64,000 bases of DNA, taken from a bacterium. Its GTDB lineage: Bacteria > SM23-31. The DNA lies in NCBI GenBank assembly GCA_965249485.1, contig OZ252239.1:3709598-3773597 (forward strand). The letters are read 5' to 3'. The translations under genes and the position numbers were made by a program. Shown here one piece after another: positions 8,712 through 17,684 of the stretch. Position 1 is the stretch's first letter. Every line of letters begins with the position of its first letter. A model generated the notes under the pieces. That model worked only from the letters and a program-made list of their open reading frames with translations. It was not told the DNA's origin and did no database searches.

Positions 8712-9485
8712 ATGAAGAAAAATGTTAATTTTTTACTTGTTCTAATTCTGCTTCTCGGACTAAGCACACCTGTGGCGGCACAGCCAGAAGTCGGAGTTAC
8801 GTTCGATTTTCCGTTTCTAAACAGGTACATGCTGCATGGATTTGCATTGGCAGACAATTTTGCTGTGCAGCCAACTGCTATCGTAACAGTCGATAATTTT
8901 GCTCTTACGGTTTGGGGAAACTTTGATATTAAGGATAATAACTTTGCGCCAACTCCGACTGAACTCGAGTTCAGCGAAGTCGATTATTATCTCGACTATA
9001 CTTTCGTCGGCAACGGTTTAGCATTTACTACAGGATATGTGCACTACACATTCCCCAATGTATCAGCAGATGGAGCATTAGTACGCTCATATAAAGAGCT
9101 GTATTTCATCTTGGCATCTGATTACGGCCCTTCGCTCAGCGTATGGCCGGGAATCGGTGATGACTATTCAGGTCTCTACATTCAAGCCGGCTATGGTCTC
9201 AGCATTCCTGCTGGTGAAACCAGTATCGATCTCGCAGCAACCGTTGCATGGGGTGATGAAGATCATGGTAATCTGTATTATTTTGGATATAATGACAGTG
9301 GACTGGCAGATTACAGTATCAGCGCAAGTGTGCCGATTGTTGCAAGTGATTACGTAACGATAATACCGAGTTTCATGTTCACATCGTTTCTTGACGGTGA
9401 TCTAAAAGATTTCATTGATGACTCACCTGGTTTTCCTGATGCTGATAACATTACTGGCGGTGTTACTGTATCATTCTCTTATTAA
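8712..9485 (+). CDS. TorF-like putative outer-membrane porin
   Basis: Signal peptide ending VAA-Q, NRYMLHG (cf. family YxxRG), EVDYYLDY, alternating beta strands, aromatic C-terminus (VSFSY). RBS GGAGG, ATG 8712. Confidence 0.7.
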   Translation: MKKNVNFLLVLILLLGLSTPVAAQPEVGVTFDFPFLNRYMLHGFALADNFAVQPTAIVTVDNFALTVWGNFDIKDNNFAPTPTELEFSEVDYYLDYTFVGNGLAFTTGYVHYTFPNVSADGALVRSYKELYFILASDYGPSLSVWPGIGDDYSGLYIQAGYGLSIPAGETSIDLAATVAWGDEDHGNLYYFGYNDSGLADYSISASVPIVASDYVTIIPSFMFTSFLDGDLKDFIDDSPGFPDADNITGGVTVSFSY

Positions 9486-9508
9486 ATATTACTGATAAGG
9501 TTTATTAA

Positions 9509-9540
9509 TAGGGCTCAGGTATTTCCTGAGCCCTGTTTTT
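9509..9540. terminator. Terminator between the convergent porin genes
   Basis: GGGCTCAGG-TATTT-CCTGAGCCC followed by TGTTTTT. Confidence 0.8.
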
Positions 9541-9592
9541 ATGGCAGAACAATATTACAACAATACATCAATCTCCTGATATCTCTTGCATA

Positions 9593-10345
9593 TCAGAATG
9601 ACCAGCCGGCATTCAGAGAGAAGTAAATTTCATTATCCCGATTGACTGTGTCTTCAAATAAACCAACAAAGGTCACACTTGGTGAGATCTCAACTATACC
9701 TGCCGGAATACCTCCATAGAGTGATAACTCAATATGACTAAATCCACTATTCGCGCCGAATTGGCCATTATTATATCCTAAAACTGCGCTTGCACCGACC
9801 GAGCCTTCGCCTGCTTCGACGGACTGATCGATACCGAACGTTGCATACAGATCATCACCCAGATTAAAATCGTAGTACAGAGTCAGGGTTGGCGCAAGGT
9901 AGGGGACTCCCGGCGTAAATGCTGCATATACTTCCTGAGTAGTGTGGTCGTCGAATTCAAACTCATCCTGATTCGGGAACGTATAATAAATAAGACCCAG
10001 AGAAAGGCCGGCACCGTTAGCGAATGAAGCTGAATAGTCCAATGTAAAATCCAATTCGTCGGCTGCACCGCTTATATCCCGGTCATCCAGACCTGCAGAA
10101 TACCACACATTGGCCGTAAAGCCGGAATCACCGAATCCAAAATCGAGGGACGGTTGAATCGCAGGATCATCAACTAAATTATAACCCCTCCAGATATATT
10201 TCGTGACGAATGCCGCCGATCCCGAAACCGAAACCTGCGCTCTAGCCGGAATGCCGGTCAAAATGAGTATAATAATTATAAGAGCGATATTCATGAGAAC
10301 AATATGAAAAGTGCCCCTCAATTTAGAAGATATTGAACGTGACAT
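9593..10345 (-). CDS. TorF-like putative outer-membrane porin
   Basis: Signal peptide ARA-Q, KYIWRG, PAIQP, ELDFTLDY, C-terminal AGWSF. RBS AGGAGG. Confidence 0.78.
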   Translation of the reverse strand: MSRSISSKLRGTFHIVLMNIALIIIILILTGIPARAQVSVSGSAAFVTKYIWRGYNLVDDPAIQPSLDFGFGDSGFTANVWYSAGLDDRDISGAADELDFTLDYSASFANGAGLSLGLIYYTFPNQDEFEFDDHTTQEVYAAFTPGVPYLAPTLTLYYDFNLGDDLYATFGIDQSVEAGEGSVGASAVLGYNNGQFGANSGFSHIELSLYGGIPAGIVEISPSVTFVGLFEDTVNRDNEIYFSLNAGWSF

Positions 10346-10489
10346 ACTCTTCCTCCTGAGAGAAAACTAACGTAAACAGTGAACATATAACGTAATTTTT
10401 TTGTAGTATTACTTTAAATCACGTCGATTAATTATATAAATTGTTTCTTTCTTTTAACCGACCATCATAGAACCAAGCCGGGACTTTTC

Positions 10490-10803
10490 TTATTCGTATG
10501 TGATTTCACCGTGAAGCGCATAGTCAACTCCAACTCTTCTTCTCTTGTCACTTTTACCGGTGTGAATATATTGACTAATTTCAGCACCACGTGAGTGAAA
10601 GGAAAACAATAGAGAGTGACAACCAGAACTTCGCCGGTTTGTATTATGAAAAAACCCGTTTAACCGCCAGCAAAAAGTCCGTTCAAAGCTACAGCGGGAT
10701 TGACGGAATTCATCGCGAACATTCCCAGCAATATGATCTCGATAACGCCTCTGAACCCATGGACAGCCCAGACATCAAGTGCGTCATCCCACTGGAGTTT
10801 TTC
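10490..10803 (-). pseudogene. amtB: Remnant 3' end of an ammonium transporter gene
   Basis: Minus-strand translation, not in the ORF track: EKLQWDDALDVWAVHG...FAGG*TGFF...VKVTREEEL, then after a 1-nt frameshift GVDYALHGEITYE*. Internal TAA at 10660-62. The 5' three-quarters of the gene is absent. Confidence 0.85.
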
Positions 10804-11454
10804 TGAGGAATCTCTTTAGTGGTTTTTACAAGACAAACCATCACTAAGGTGTAACAGAAGTTCTTTTGAATATGCAAATTCCTGTCTTCCTCTGTAGATC
10901 CGGTCGTAAATATAGAATTGTGTAGATTAAATTGCAAGAAATTATTTTTATAATTATAATTACACATCTTCAGTAAATGTTGGGCTTTTCGGGTTTATAA
11001 CTAATAGATATATTTTATTTTACAGATGTTTCTTCTTATTATGATATAAAACTTTGACTAATCACCCGGGCAGAGCGCTCTACTAATATCATTACAGATA
11101 CTAAATTATTGAGGGGTTCAATCACCCAATTGCATATAGTGTATGAATTATATTTTCTGGTATGACTTATTGTGACGATACACAGCCGCAAGTGATTTAT
11201 ACCATGGCTTTGGTTCTTTTTCTACATAAGAAAACCATTCTTTGCTTTTGCACCAAAGGCTTACAAATGTGCTGATATTTCGCTGCGATTGACCTTCTCC
11301 TTTCAACACCAAATCTTTTGAAGCTAATTTAAGACCGGAGTTGGGAAGATGGTGAGTAATAGAAACTTACATATACTCCACAACATCAATCTCCCGAATT
11401 CTCTTGCATTTCAAAAAAATTTTTTTATCATACAGCACATTCAGGATACTCATT

Positions 11455-12420
11455 ATGACCGACCAGAACAGCACAAATCAACAGTATGATGTGAACCGTG
11501 TCCCCCGCTTTGCTAATGTTGCCACATTTATGAGATGTAAAATGGCTGAATCATCGGACAATCTCGACATTGCAATGGCCGGGATTCCTTACGATTTCGG
11601 CTCATCGTTCAGGAGCGGAGCACGGCACGGTCCGGCACAGATACGGGAAATGTCCCGCCTTATCCGCCAGGTCCACCCTGTTTCGAAAATCGAGCCTTTT
11701 GCCTTATGCAGGATTGCCGACATTGGCGACACACCTGTGAATCCGCTCGATATCGACGAGAGTCTTGCACTCATTGTCGACTTCTTCGATAGAGTTGTGG
11801 CGGCAGGAGCAAAGCCGCTTGCCGTAGGTGGTGATCACACTATTTCACTTCCGGTTCTGCGTGCGTGTGCAAAATCGGGTCCAGTCGGACTGATCCAGAT
11901 CGATGCCCATTCCGATACTCTCGATGAAATGCTCGGTAAGAAGTTTGCGAACGGAACCCCGTTTAGGCGGGCAATCGAAGAAGGCCTTGTGGACCCGAAG
12001 CGGACGATTCAAATCGGAATCCGCGGAACACTTTTTAAAGCAGATGAGCTTGACTGGGCACATGAAATGGGAATCACCATCATTACAATTGACGATTTTT
12101 ATGAACTTGGCATTCCACACATCATAAAAACTGCGAAGGATCTTGTTGGTCAGGAACCGGTGTACCTCACCTTTGATATAGATAGCATCGATCCAGCCTA
12201 TGCTCCTGGTACCGGTGGCGTTGAACCGGGCGGCATGTCTGTTCGTGAAGCACAGGTGCTTCTCCGGGGTTTGTACGGTTTAAATCTGATCGGTGCGGAT
12301 GTGAATGAGGTTTCTCCTCCGCTCGATCCTACTGGAATGACAGCACTCGTTGCCGCAAATATCATGTTCGAGGAGTTGTGTCTGCTTACCGACACAGTAA
12401 ATCGTCAGAAAAACGGATAG
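11455..12420 (+). CDS. Ureohydrolase (agmatinase family; recalled as closest to guanidinopropionase GpuA-type)
   Basis: PRFA N-terminal motif, GARHGP, GGDH, DAHSD, TFDID, APGTG, EVSPP. ATG 11455 preferred. Confidence 0.88.
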   Translation: MTDQNSTNQQYDVNRVPRFANVATFMRCKMAESSDNLDIAMAGIPYDFGSSFRSGARHGPAQIREMSRLIRQVHPVSKIEPFALCRIADIGDTPVNPLDIDESLALIVDFFDRVVAAGAKPLAVGGDHTISLPVLRACAKSGPVGLIQIDAHSDTLDEMLGKKFANGTPFRRAIEEGLVDPKRTIQIGIRGTLFKADELDWAHEMGITIITIDDFYELGIPHIIKTAKDLVGQEPVYLTFDIDSIDPAYAPGTGGVEPGGMSVREAQVLLRGLYGLNLIGADVNEVSPPLDPTGMTALVAANIMFEELCLLTDTVNRQKNG

Positions 12421-12687
12421 TATCGGATCAGTCGGAATAATATCACGGTTTTCAAGTAAATTATAGGAAAATCACTTGCTGCTATAGCATACAGCTGCTC
12501 ACTTCCTTTAAAAAACTCATATTTTTATTTTATCATTGAATTACTCAATTAATTCTTATACATTAGCGATTTATGCTTAAGATGTAATGATAAGGCTTTG
12601 CGCCTTTGCCAAATTTATTGTATAACGTTTACTGGCGCCATATCTTCCCGGACCCGGTAATATATTTCCCATATTGAGGTGAAACAA

Positions 12688-13689
12688 ATGAAATACAGGC
12701 TTATACTTTCATGTACCGTATTAGCATTTTTAATCAGTGGCTGCGGTCAGGGAAACGGATCTTCCGATTCAGGTGAAAAGATAATCCTGAAAATGTCACA
12801 TAACGGAAATGAGCGCCACCCATTCCATGATGGTTTTCTGAAATTTAAAGAAGTGCTTGAAGCCGAGACAAACAATGCAGTTGAAGTGCAGATTTTTCCG
12901 AACGCCCAAATTGCATCCGATGAAGAATTAGGTATGATGGTTAAACTTGGTACCATTGCAGGCGGTGCCGCAAGTGCAGGTGGCGGTTTAGCACCCTACG
13001 TCCCAGAAGTCGATCTGTTTAATCTTCCTTTTATCTTTCGGGATCTCGACCATTTCTACAGTGTGCTTGACGGCCCCATCGGCCAGCGGGTAACGAGAAA
13101 AATTGAAGAAAATCTCGATTGCATAGTGTTAGGCTACTGGTTTTCCGGTGTCCGGAACGCATGGAATTCTTCTAAACCGATTTTGACCCCGGACGATTTC
13201 GCCGGAATGAAGATTCGGGTTATGTCAAGTCCTGTTTATGTTGAAACCTTCGATGCACTGGGAGCACAGGCTACACCGATGTCGTACGGCGAGCTGTTTT
13301 CGGGCCTGCAGCAGGGCGTTGTAGATGGAGCAGAGACAGATCACATCGATCTTTTGATTGACGGTTTACATGAAGTTACCAAATATGTATCTTTGACGAA
13401 CCATTTTTATCTTGCAGTCGGTCTGATTTTCAGTAAACGAATCTATGACAGTCTTCCCGGCCATATTCAGGCCGCGGTCTTCAAGGCCGGAGCAGAATCT
13501 ATTAAAGCGCAACGGGTGGCTATGGAATCTCAAACCGAGGAATCGCTTGCAGAGCTGAAAAGGTTAGGAAAACTGGAATTTCATGAGGTTGACAGATCTC
13601 TTTTTCGGGAAAAGGTTCAAAGTGTGTACACAAATAATGCGCAAAAAGTCGGCGGTATGGAAATTATACAGCAGGTAATAAACAAATAA
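12688..13689 (+). CDS. dctP: TRAP transporter substrate-binding protein (DctP family, lipoprotein)
   Basis: Lipobox ISG-C, KIRV, PMSYGELFSGLQQGVVDG. Followed by small and large TRAP subunits. Confidence 0.9.
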   Translation: MKYRLILSCTVLAFLISGCGQGNGSSDSGEKIILKMSHNGNERHPFHDGFLKFKEVLEAETNNAVEVQIFPNAQIASDEELGMMVKLGTIAGGAASAGGGLAPYVPEVDLFNLPFIFRDLDHFYSVLDGPIGQRVTRKIEENLDCIVLGYWFSGVRNAWNSSKPILTPDDFAGMKIRVMSSPVYVETFDALGAQATPMSYGELFSGLQQGVVDGAETDHIDLLIDGLHEVTKYVSLTNHFYLAVGLIFSKRIYDSLPGHIQAAVFKAGAESIKAQRVAMESQTEESLAELKRLGKLEFHEVDRSLFREKVQSVYTNNAQKVGGMEIIQQVINK

Positions 13690-13776
13690 TCCGATTGCGC
13701 ATAAACTTATAGTGCAGACTGTTCATATTGAGCAGCATACAAAAGTACAACACCTAATAAAGGGGATAGTAAAATC

Positions 13777-14283
13777 GTGGAAAATGTTCCCGTACTCCGT
13801 AATGTCAAAACTATTTATAAACATCCATTCGAGTTTATTCTCTGTTTATTGATTGTGTCTCTTGTTAGCGTAACGTTTGCGCAGGTTGTATCACGCTATG
13901 TGCTCCAAACATCACTTGCCTGGTCCGAAGAGCTTGCACGGTTTCTCCTCTTGTGGCTCGGTTCGCTTACTGCAGCCTACGCGTTTAAGACAAAAGCTCA
14001 TTTTGCACTGCGGTTTGTTGTGGCTCGATTTTCAGAACGGTTACAAAAAGCAACGTATACCGCAGTAGTTGTCATTTTGACTGTTTTTTTAGGTGTTTTT
14101 ATTTATCAGGCATTTCAATACACACTCAGCGTACGGAACCAGATTGCACCCGGCACGCAAATGTCTATGTCTATACCCTATTCCTCCGCATTATTCGGTG
14201 GTATATTAATGCTCTATCATGTTATCAGAAACTGGTGGACAGAGTTATTCAGACCTTCTGCTGCAGAACCTGAACAAAAATAA
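13777..14283 (+). CDS. dctQ: TRAP transporter small permease
   Basis: Four hydrophobic segments, RYV..SLAWSEELAR motif. GTG start with RBS. Confidence 0.9.
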   Translation: MENVPVLRNVKTIYKHPFEFILCLLIVSLVSVTFAQVVSRYVLQTSLAWSEELARFLLLWLGSLTAAYAFKTKAHFALRFVVARFSERLQKATYTAVVVILTVFLGVFIYQAFQYTLSVRNQIAPGTQMSMSIPYSSALFGGILMLYHVIRNWWTELFRPSAAEPEQK

Positions 14284-14326
14284 ATTCATAATTAAACTGC
14301 GAATTGTATACGAGGTATAATCAAAT

Positions 14327-15610
14327 ATGGGTGTAATTGTTGGAATCACGTTTGTTCTGGCACTACTGATGTCTGTGCCTGTTGCAATGTCACTCGGCGT
14401 TGCGGCTTTTGTAGGCATTCTTTATATAAACCCAGACATTCTTATAATTTTACCACAAAAATTCCTCACATCGCTTGATTCATTTTCACTGCTTGCTATT
14501 CCGCTTTTTATCCTTGCGGGATCACTCATGACATATGGAGGGATAGCGCGCCGAATTATTGATTTATGTCTTGCTTTTGTCGGACGCATACCGGGGGGGC
14601 TTGGATTTGTTGTGGTTATTGCAACATTTTTCTTCGGTGCGATCTGCGGATCTTCAAGTGCGAAAACGGCCGCAATCGGATCGGTCATGCTGCCGGAAAT
14701 GGTGAGAAAAAAGTACCCGGCGGATTATGCAACCGCACTTTTTGCCGCTGCGGGCGGTGGATCAACACTTGTTCCTCCATCAATCGATTTAATTATTATC
14801 GGCGTTGTCGCAGGTGTTTCCGTTACCGGCCTCTTTGCCGCAGGAATACTGCCAACCATTGTAAATGCTATTGCATTATTGATCCTGGTCTATATTTCAG
14901 CGAAAAAGCTGGATCTTCCAGTAGCACCAAAAATTTCATGGGCAGAGAAAAAGGTTTTAATCAAAAACGGTATCCTCCCATTGATGATGATTTTTATCGT
15001 TCTCGGTGGCATATACGGTGGTATTTTTACTCCAACAGAAGCTTCCGCAGTAGCAGTTGTGTACGGTTTTCTCCTCTCGTTTTTTATTTATAAAGAACTT
15101 TCATTTAAAGACTTACAAAACTCGCTTTTGAGTACTGCGTCTTTGACAGGTGTTGTAATGGTTGTACTCGCCATGGCTGGTATGTTCTCTGCTGTTCTCA
15201 CATTCGAGAGAATACCCCATGAATTAGCAAATCTGATTTCGACTTATGCTGATAACAAAATTGTGTTTTTGATGATGGTTAATGTCGTGTTTCTCGTTAT
15301 CGGTATGGTTATGGATGCACTACCTGCAATTATCATATTAATGCCTATTATGATAAAGGTCGCCGGTCCGCTCAATATTGATCCAATTCACTTGGGCATA
15401 CTTATTGAGGCAAATGTCGGACTTGGTATGATCACTCCTCCTGTCGGAGTCTGTCTTTATGTAGCATGTGGTATCAGTAAGATACCGATTGAAAAAGTTA
15501 TTAAACCGTCAATCCCCTTCATGATATTTCTATTTATTTCATTGATGGTTATAACGTATGTCCCGGAAATCTCACTCTTTTTTCCGAGATTTCTTGGATT
15601 AATCCATTAG
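14327..15610 (+). CDS. dctM: TRAP transporter large permease
   Basis: LLAIPLFILAG, GAICGSS, LVPPS, GIFTPTEA, GMITPPVG. Confidence 0.93.
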   Translation: MGVIVGITFVLALLMSVPVAMSLGVAAFVGILYINPDILIILPQKFLTSLDSFSLLAIPLFILAGSLMTYGGIARRIIDLCLAFVGRIPGGLGFVVVIATFFFGAICGSSSAKTAAIGSVMLPEMVRKKYPADYATALFAAAGGGSTLVPPSIDLIIIGVVAGVSVTGLFAAGILPTIVNAIALLILVYISAKKLDLPVAPKISWAEKKVLIKNGILPLMMIFIVLGGIYGGIFTPTEASAVAVVYGFLLSFFIYKELSFKDLQNSLLSTASLTGVVMVVLAMAGMFSAVLTFERIPHELANLISTYADNKIVFLMMVNVVFLVIGMVMDALPAIIILMPIMIKVAGPLNIDPIHLGILIEANVGLGMITPPVGVCLYVACGISKIPIEKVIKPSIPFMIFLFISLMVITYVPEISLFFPRFLGLIH

Positions 15611-15731
15611 AGGTAAATATTCCACATACTCTATAACATAGATGAATGTATCTGAGTGTATATTTAAGATCCTTCTGCTGAGTTTACCAGTAAAATTATG
15701 GAATTATTTTTAATTCGTTATTGTATGTAAT

Positions 15732-15986
15732 ATGAGAGCGCATAGGATAAGAAAAGCAAAAAATATATACCTGAAAGATAATCCACATATATTTCTGGAA
15801 GTTGAAAAGAACCGCTGGCTGGAAATTGAATCTCTTCATAATGTTACATATGACTCGATTCAACAGTTCCTCAAATGTGAAGAAGAAACAGGTCTAAAAT
15901 TTGTTGGCTTTACTGACCAGAATTTCCAATGGGGTACAGTTAAAAACTGGGGTCATTCCGGAGTTATTTTAAAACCAAAAAAATAA
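15732..15986 (+). CDS. Small hypothetical protein (84 aa)
   Basis: Only sizeable ORF in the gap. No clear RBS and no recognised motif. Confidence 0.3.
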   Translation: MRAHRIRKAKNIYLKDNPHIFLEVEKNRWLEIESLHNVTYDSIQQFLKCEEETGLKFVGFTDQNFQWGTVKNWGHSGVILKPKK

Positions 15987-16251
15987 TCACTCCTCGTGTA
16001 TCGCACTAAAACGAACAAAATAATTGACTCATTTACTATCAAATACCAATGAGCTTAGAGATTAGCTATATAAGAATATTTTTTATACTTCTATATTTTA
16101 ACGGGTGATGTCGATCGAACATTGTATAGTATTATCTTTCTCCAAGTTGATGATTTCTACGTTAGTTCAAAACCTTAAAAAGTTCATATAAAACGAATAA
16201 ATTAAGACAATAAAATTGGTTAACCATTAACTTTCATATTGGAGGTAGGTT

Positions 16252-17289
16252 ATGGAGTATCGAGCATTAGGACGGACAGGCGCTATGGTCTCTTCACTCT
16301 GTTTGGGAACGGATTGTTTTATGGACCCAATACCTGAAGGACAGTGTTCAGACGTCCTTAATAGGGCTATTGACGCCGGAATCAATTTGATTGACACCGG
16401 CGACTCGTATGCAGATGGTGAAGGTGAAGCAGTAATCGGAAGAATCCTGAAGAAGAATGGCAAACGCCAGTCAGTTATGATTGCCACAAAGTGTGATCAC
16501 GGTCAGCGGCGTCCCGGACTGACACTTGACGAATTCGTTCCGGAACTGGGACCGAATCAGAGCGGACCGACACGTATAAACATGGTGAGAGCAGTTGAAA
16601 GATCACTCAAACGATTTCAGACCGATTATCTCGATCTGTATCAGATTCACCGGTGGGCCCAGGATGTGAACATTGATGAGACACTTAGCGCGCTGACTGA
16701 TCTGGTCCGTGCCGGTAAAATCCGTTATGTTGGCTGTTCAACCCATCCAGCGTGGGCAGTAATGGAAGCAATCATGACGAGCGAACTGAAAGGTTATGTC
16801 CGCTACGTTGTTGAACAACCGCCGTATAACCTTCTTGACCGCCGAATTGAAAACGAACTTATCCCTATGGCACAAAAAATGGGAATGGGTGTCATAACAT
16901 GGTCACCGCTGGCAATGGGTGTTCTGGTCGGTGTTTATAGTAAAGAAGACGTCTATCCGCCGGATTCACGCGCTGCATTGCGTGGTGGTTTTTATGCCGA
17001 CCGTGTTACGGCAAAGGGCATTGAAGTTGCAAACAAATTTGTTGTACTCGCAAAAGACGCAGGAATAACTCCCGCGCAGCTGGGAATTCTATGGTGTAAA
17101 GACCAGCCTGGTGTTACAGCTCCACTAATCGGACCGGAAACCGTTCAGCATCTTGAAGACCTGCTTCCTGTAATGGAAATGACACTCTCAGATGAACTCC
17201 GTGAGGCTTGTGACAATCTGGTCCCTCCGGGAAGTGCTATTGCTAATTTCCACAATACATGTGAATGGATGACAGGAACCATAGCATAG
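16252..17289 (+). CDS. Aldo/keto reductase
   Basis: GINLIDTGDSY, ATK, DLYQIH (D-Y-K-H tetrad), GKIRYVGCS, WSPLA. RBS GGAGG. Confidence 0.92.
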   Translation: MEYRALGRTGAMVSSLCLGTDCFMDPIPEGQCSDVLNRAIDAGINLIDTGDSYADGEGEAVIGRILKKNGKRQSVMIATKCDHGQRRPGLTLDEFVPELGPNQSGPTRINMVRAVERSLKRFQTDYLDLYQIHRWAQDVNIDETLSALTDLVRAGKIRYVGCSTHPAWAVMEAIMTSELKGYVRYVVEQPPYNLLDRRIENELIPMAQKMGMGVITWSPLAMGVLVGVYSKEDVYPPDSRAALRGGFYADRVTAKGIEVANKFVVLAKDAGITPAQLGILWCKDQPGVTAPLIGPETVQHLEDLLPVMEMTLSDELREACDNLVPPGSAIANFHNTCEWMTGTIA

Positions 17290-17531
17290 ACAGTTTGATA
17301 CGTCAATAGATGGAGTATTTGTATTTACCGTTGTTTTTTGCTTCACTAATTTGAACATGATGACAGTTCATGAGCAACATGATGCTGGCCTCATTTTAAT
17401 GTACCGGTATACTTGATTAGTGAAAAACAATACGCTTCAATTCTCTGTCTATTGCAATTTTCACTGGGTGAAAGTTGTATGAAAAAAAAGAGTGTTGAAT
17501 AATACTCCTTAATTATGTATATTTTTTTAAA

Positions 17532-17569
17532 GATTGCGAATCCGTCGAATCCCCGGCGGACTCGCAATC
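17532..17569. other. Long GC-rich hairpin upstream of the enolase-superfamily gene
   Basis: GATTGCGA-a-TCCGTCG-aatccc-CGGCGGA-c-TCGCAATC (15 bp including one G-U). Confidence 0.55.
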
Positions 17570-17684
17570 ACATGTTTAAGGCATGTTTTTGCGGGGAATT
17601 CCTCACTACCCCCAACCAAAAACACACCACCATCCACATTATTTATTACAAAATTGTTGATATATTTTTAGGAAGGTATATGTA

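Noticed and set aside
10591-10967. ORFs 10591-10806 (+) and 10710-10967 (-)
   Set aside because: Both are off-frame or antisense readings of the amtB remnant.
11146-11372. Possible decayed small gene on the minus strand (GGAG, ATG-TAA, then about 70 open codons)
   Set aside because: No recognisable homology and the second codon is a stop; cannot be distinguished from chance.
17579-17593. Third sigma54 promoter AGGCATGTTTTTGCG
   Set aside because: The GG-to-GC spacing is 11, not the obligatory 12; it would need a missing T in the homopolymer.
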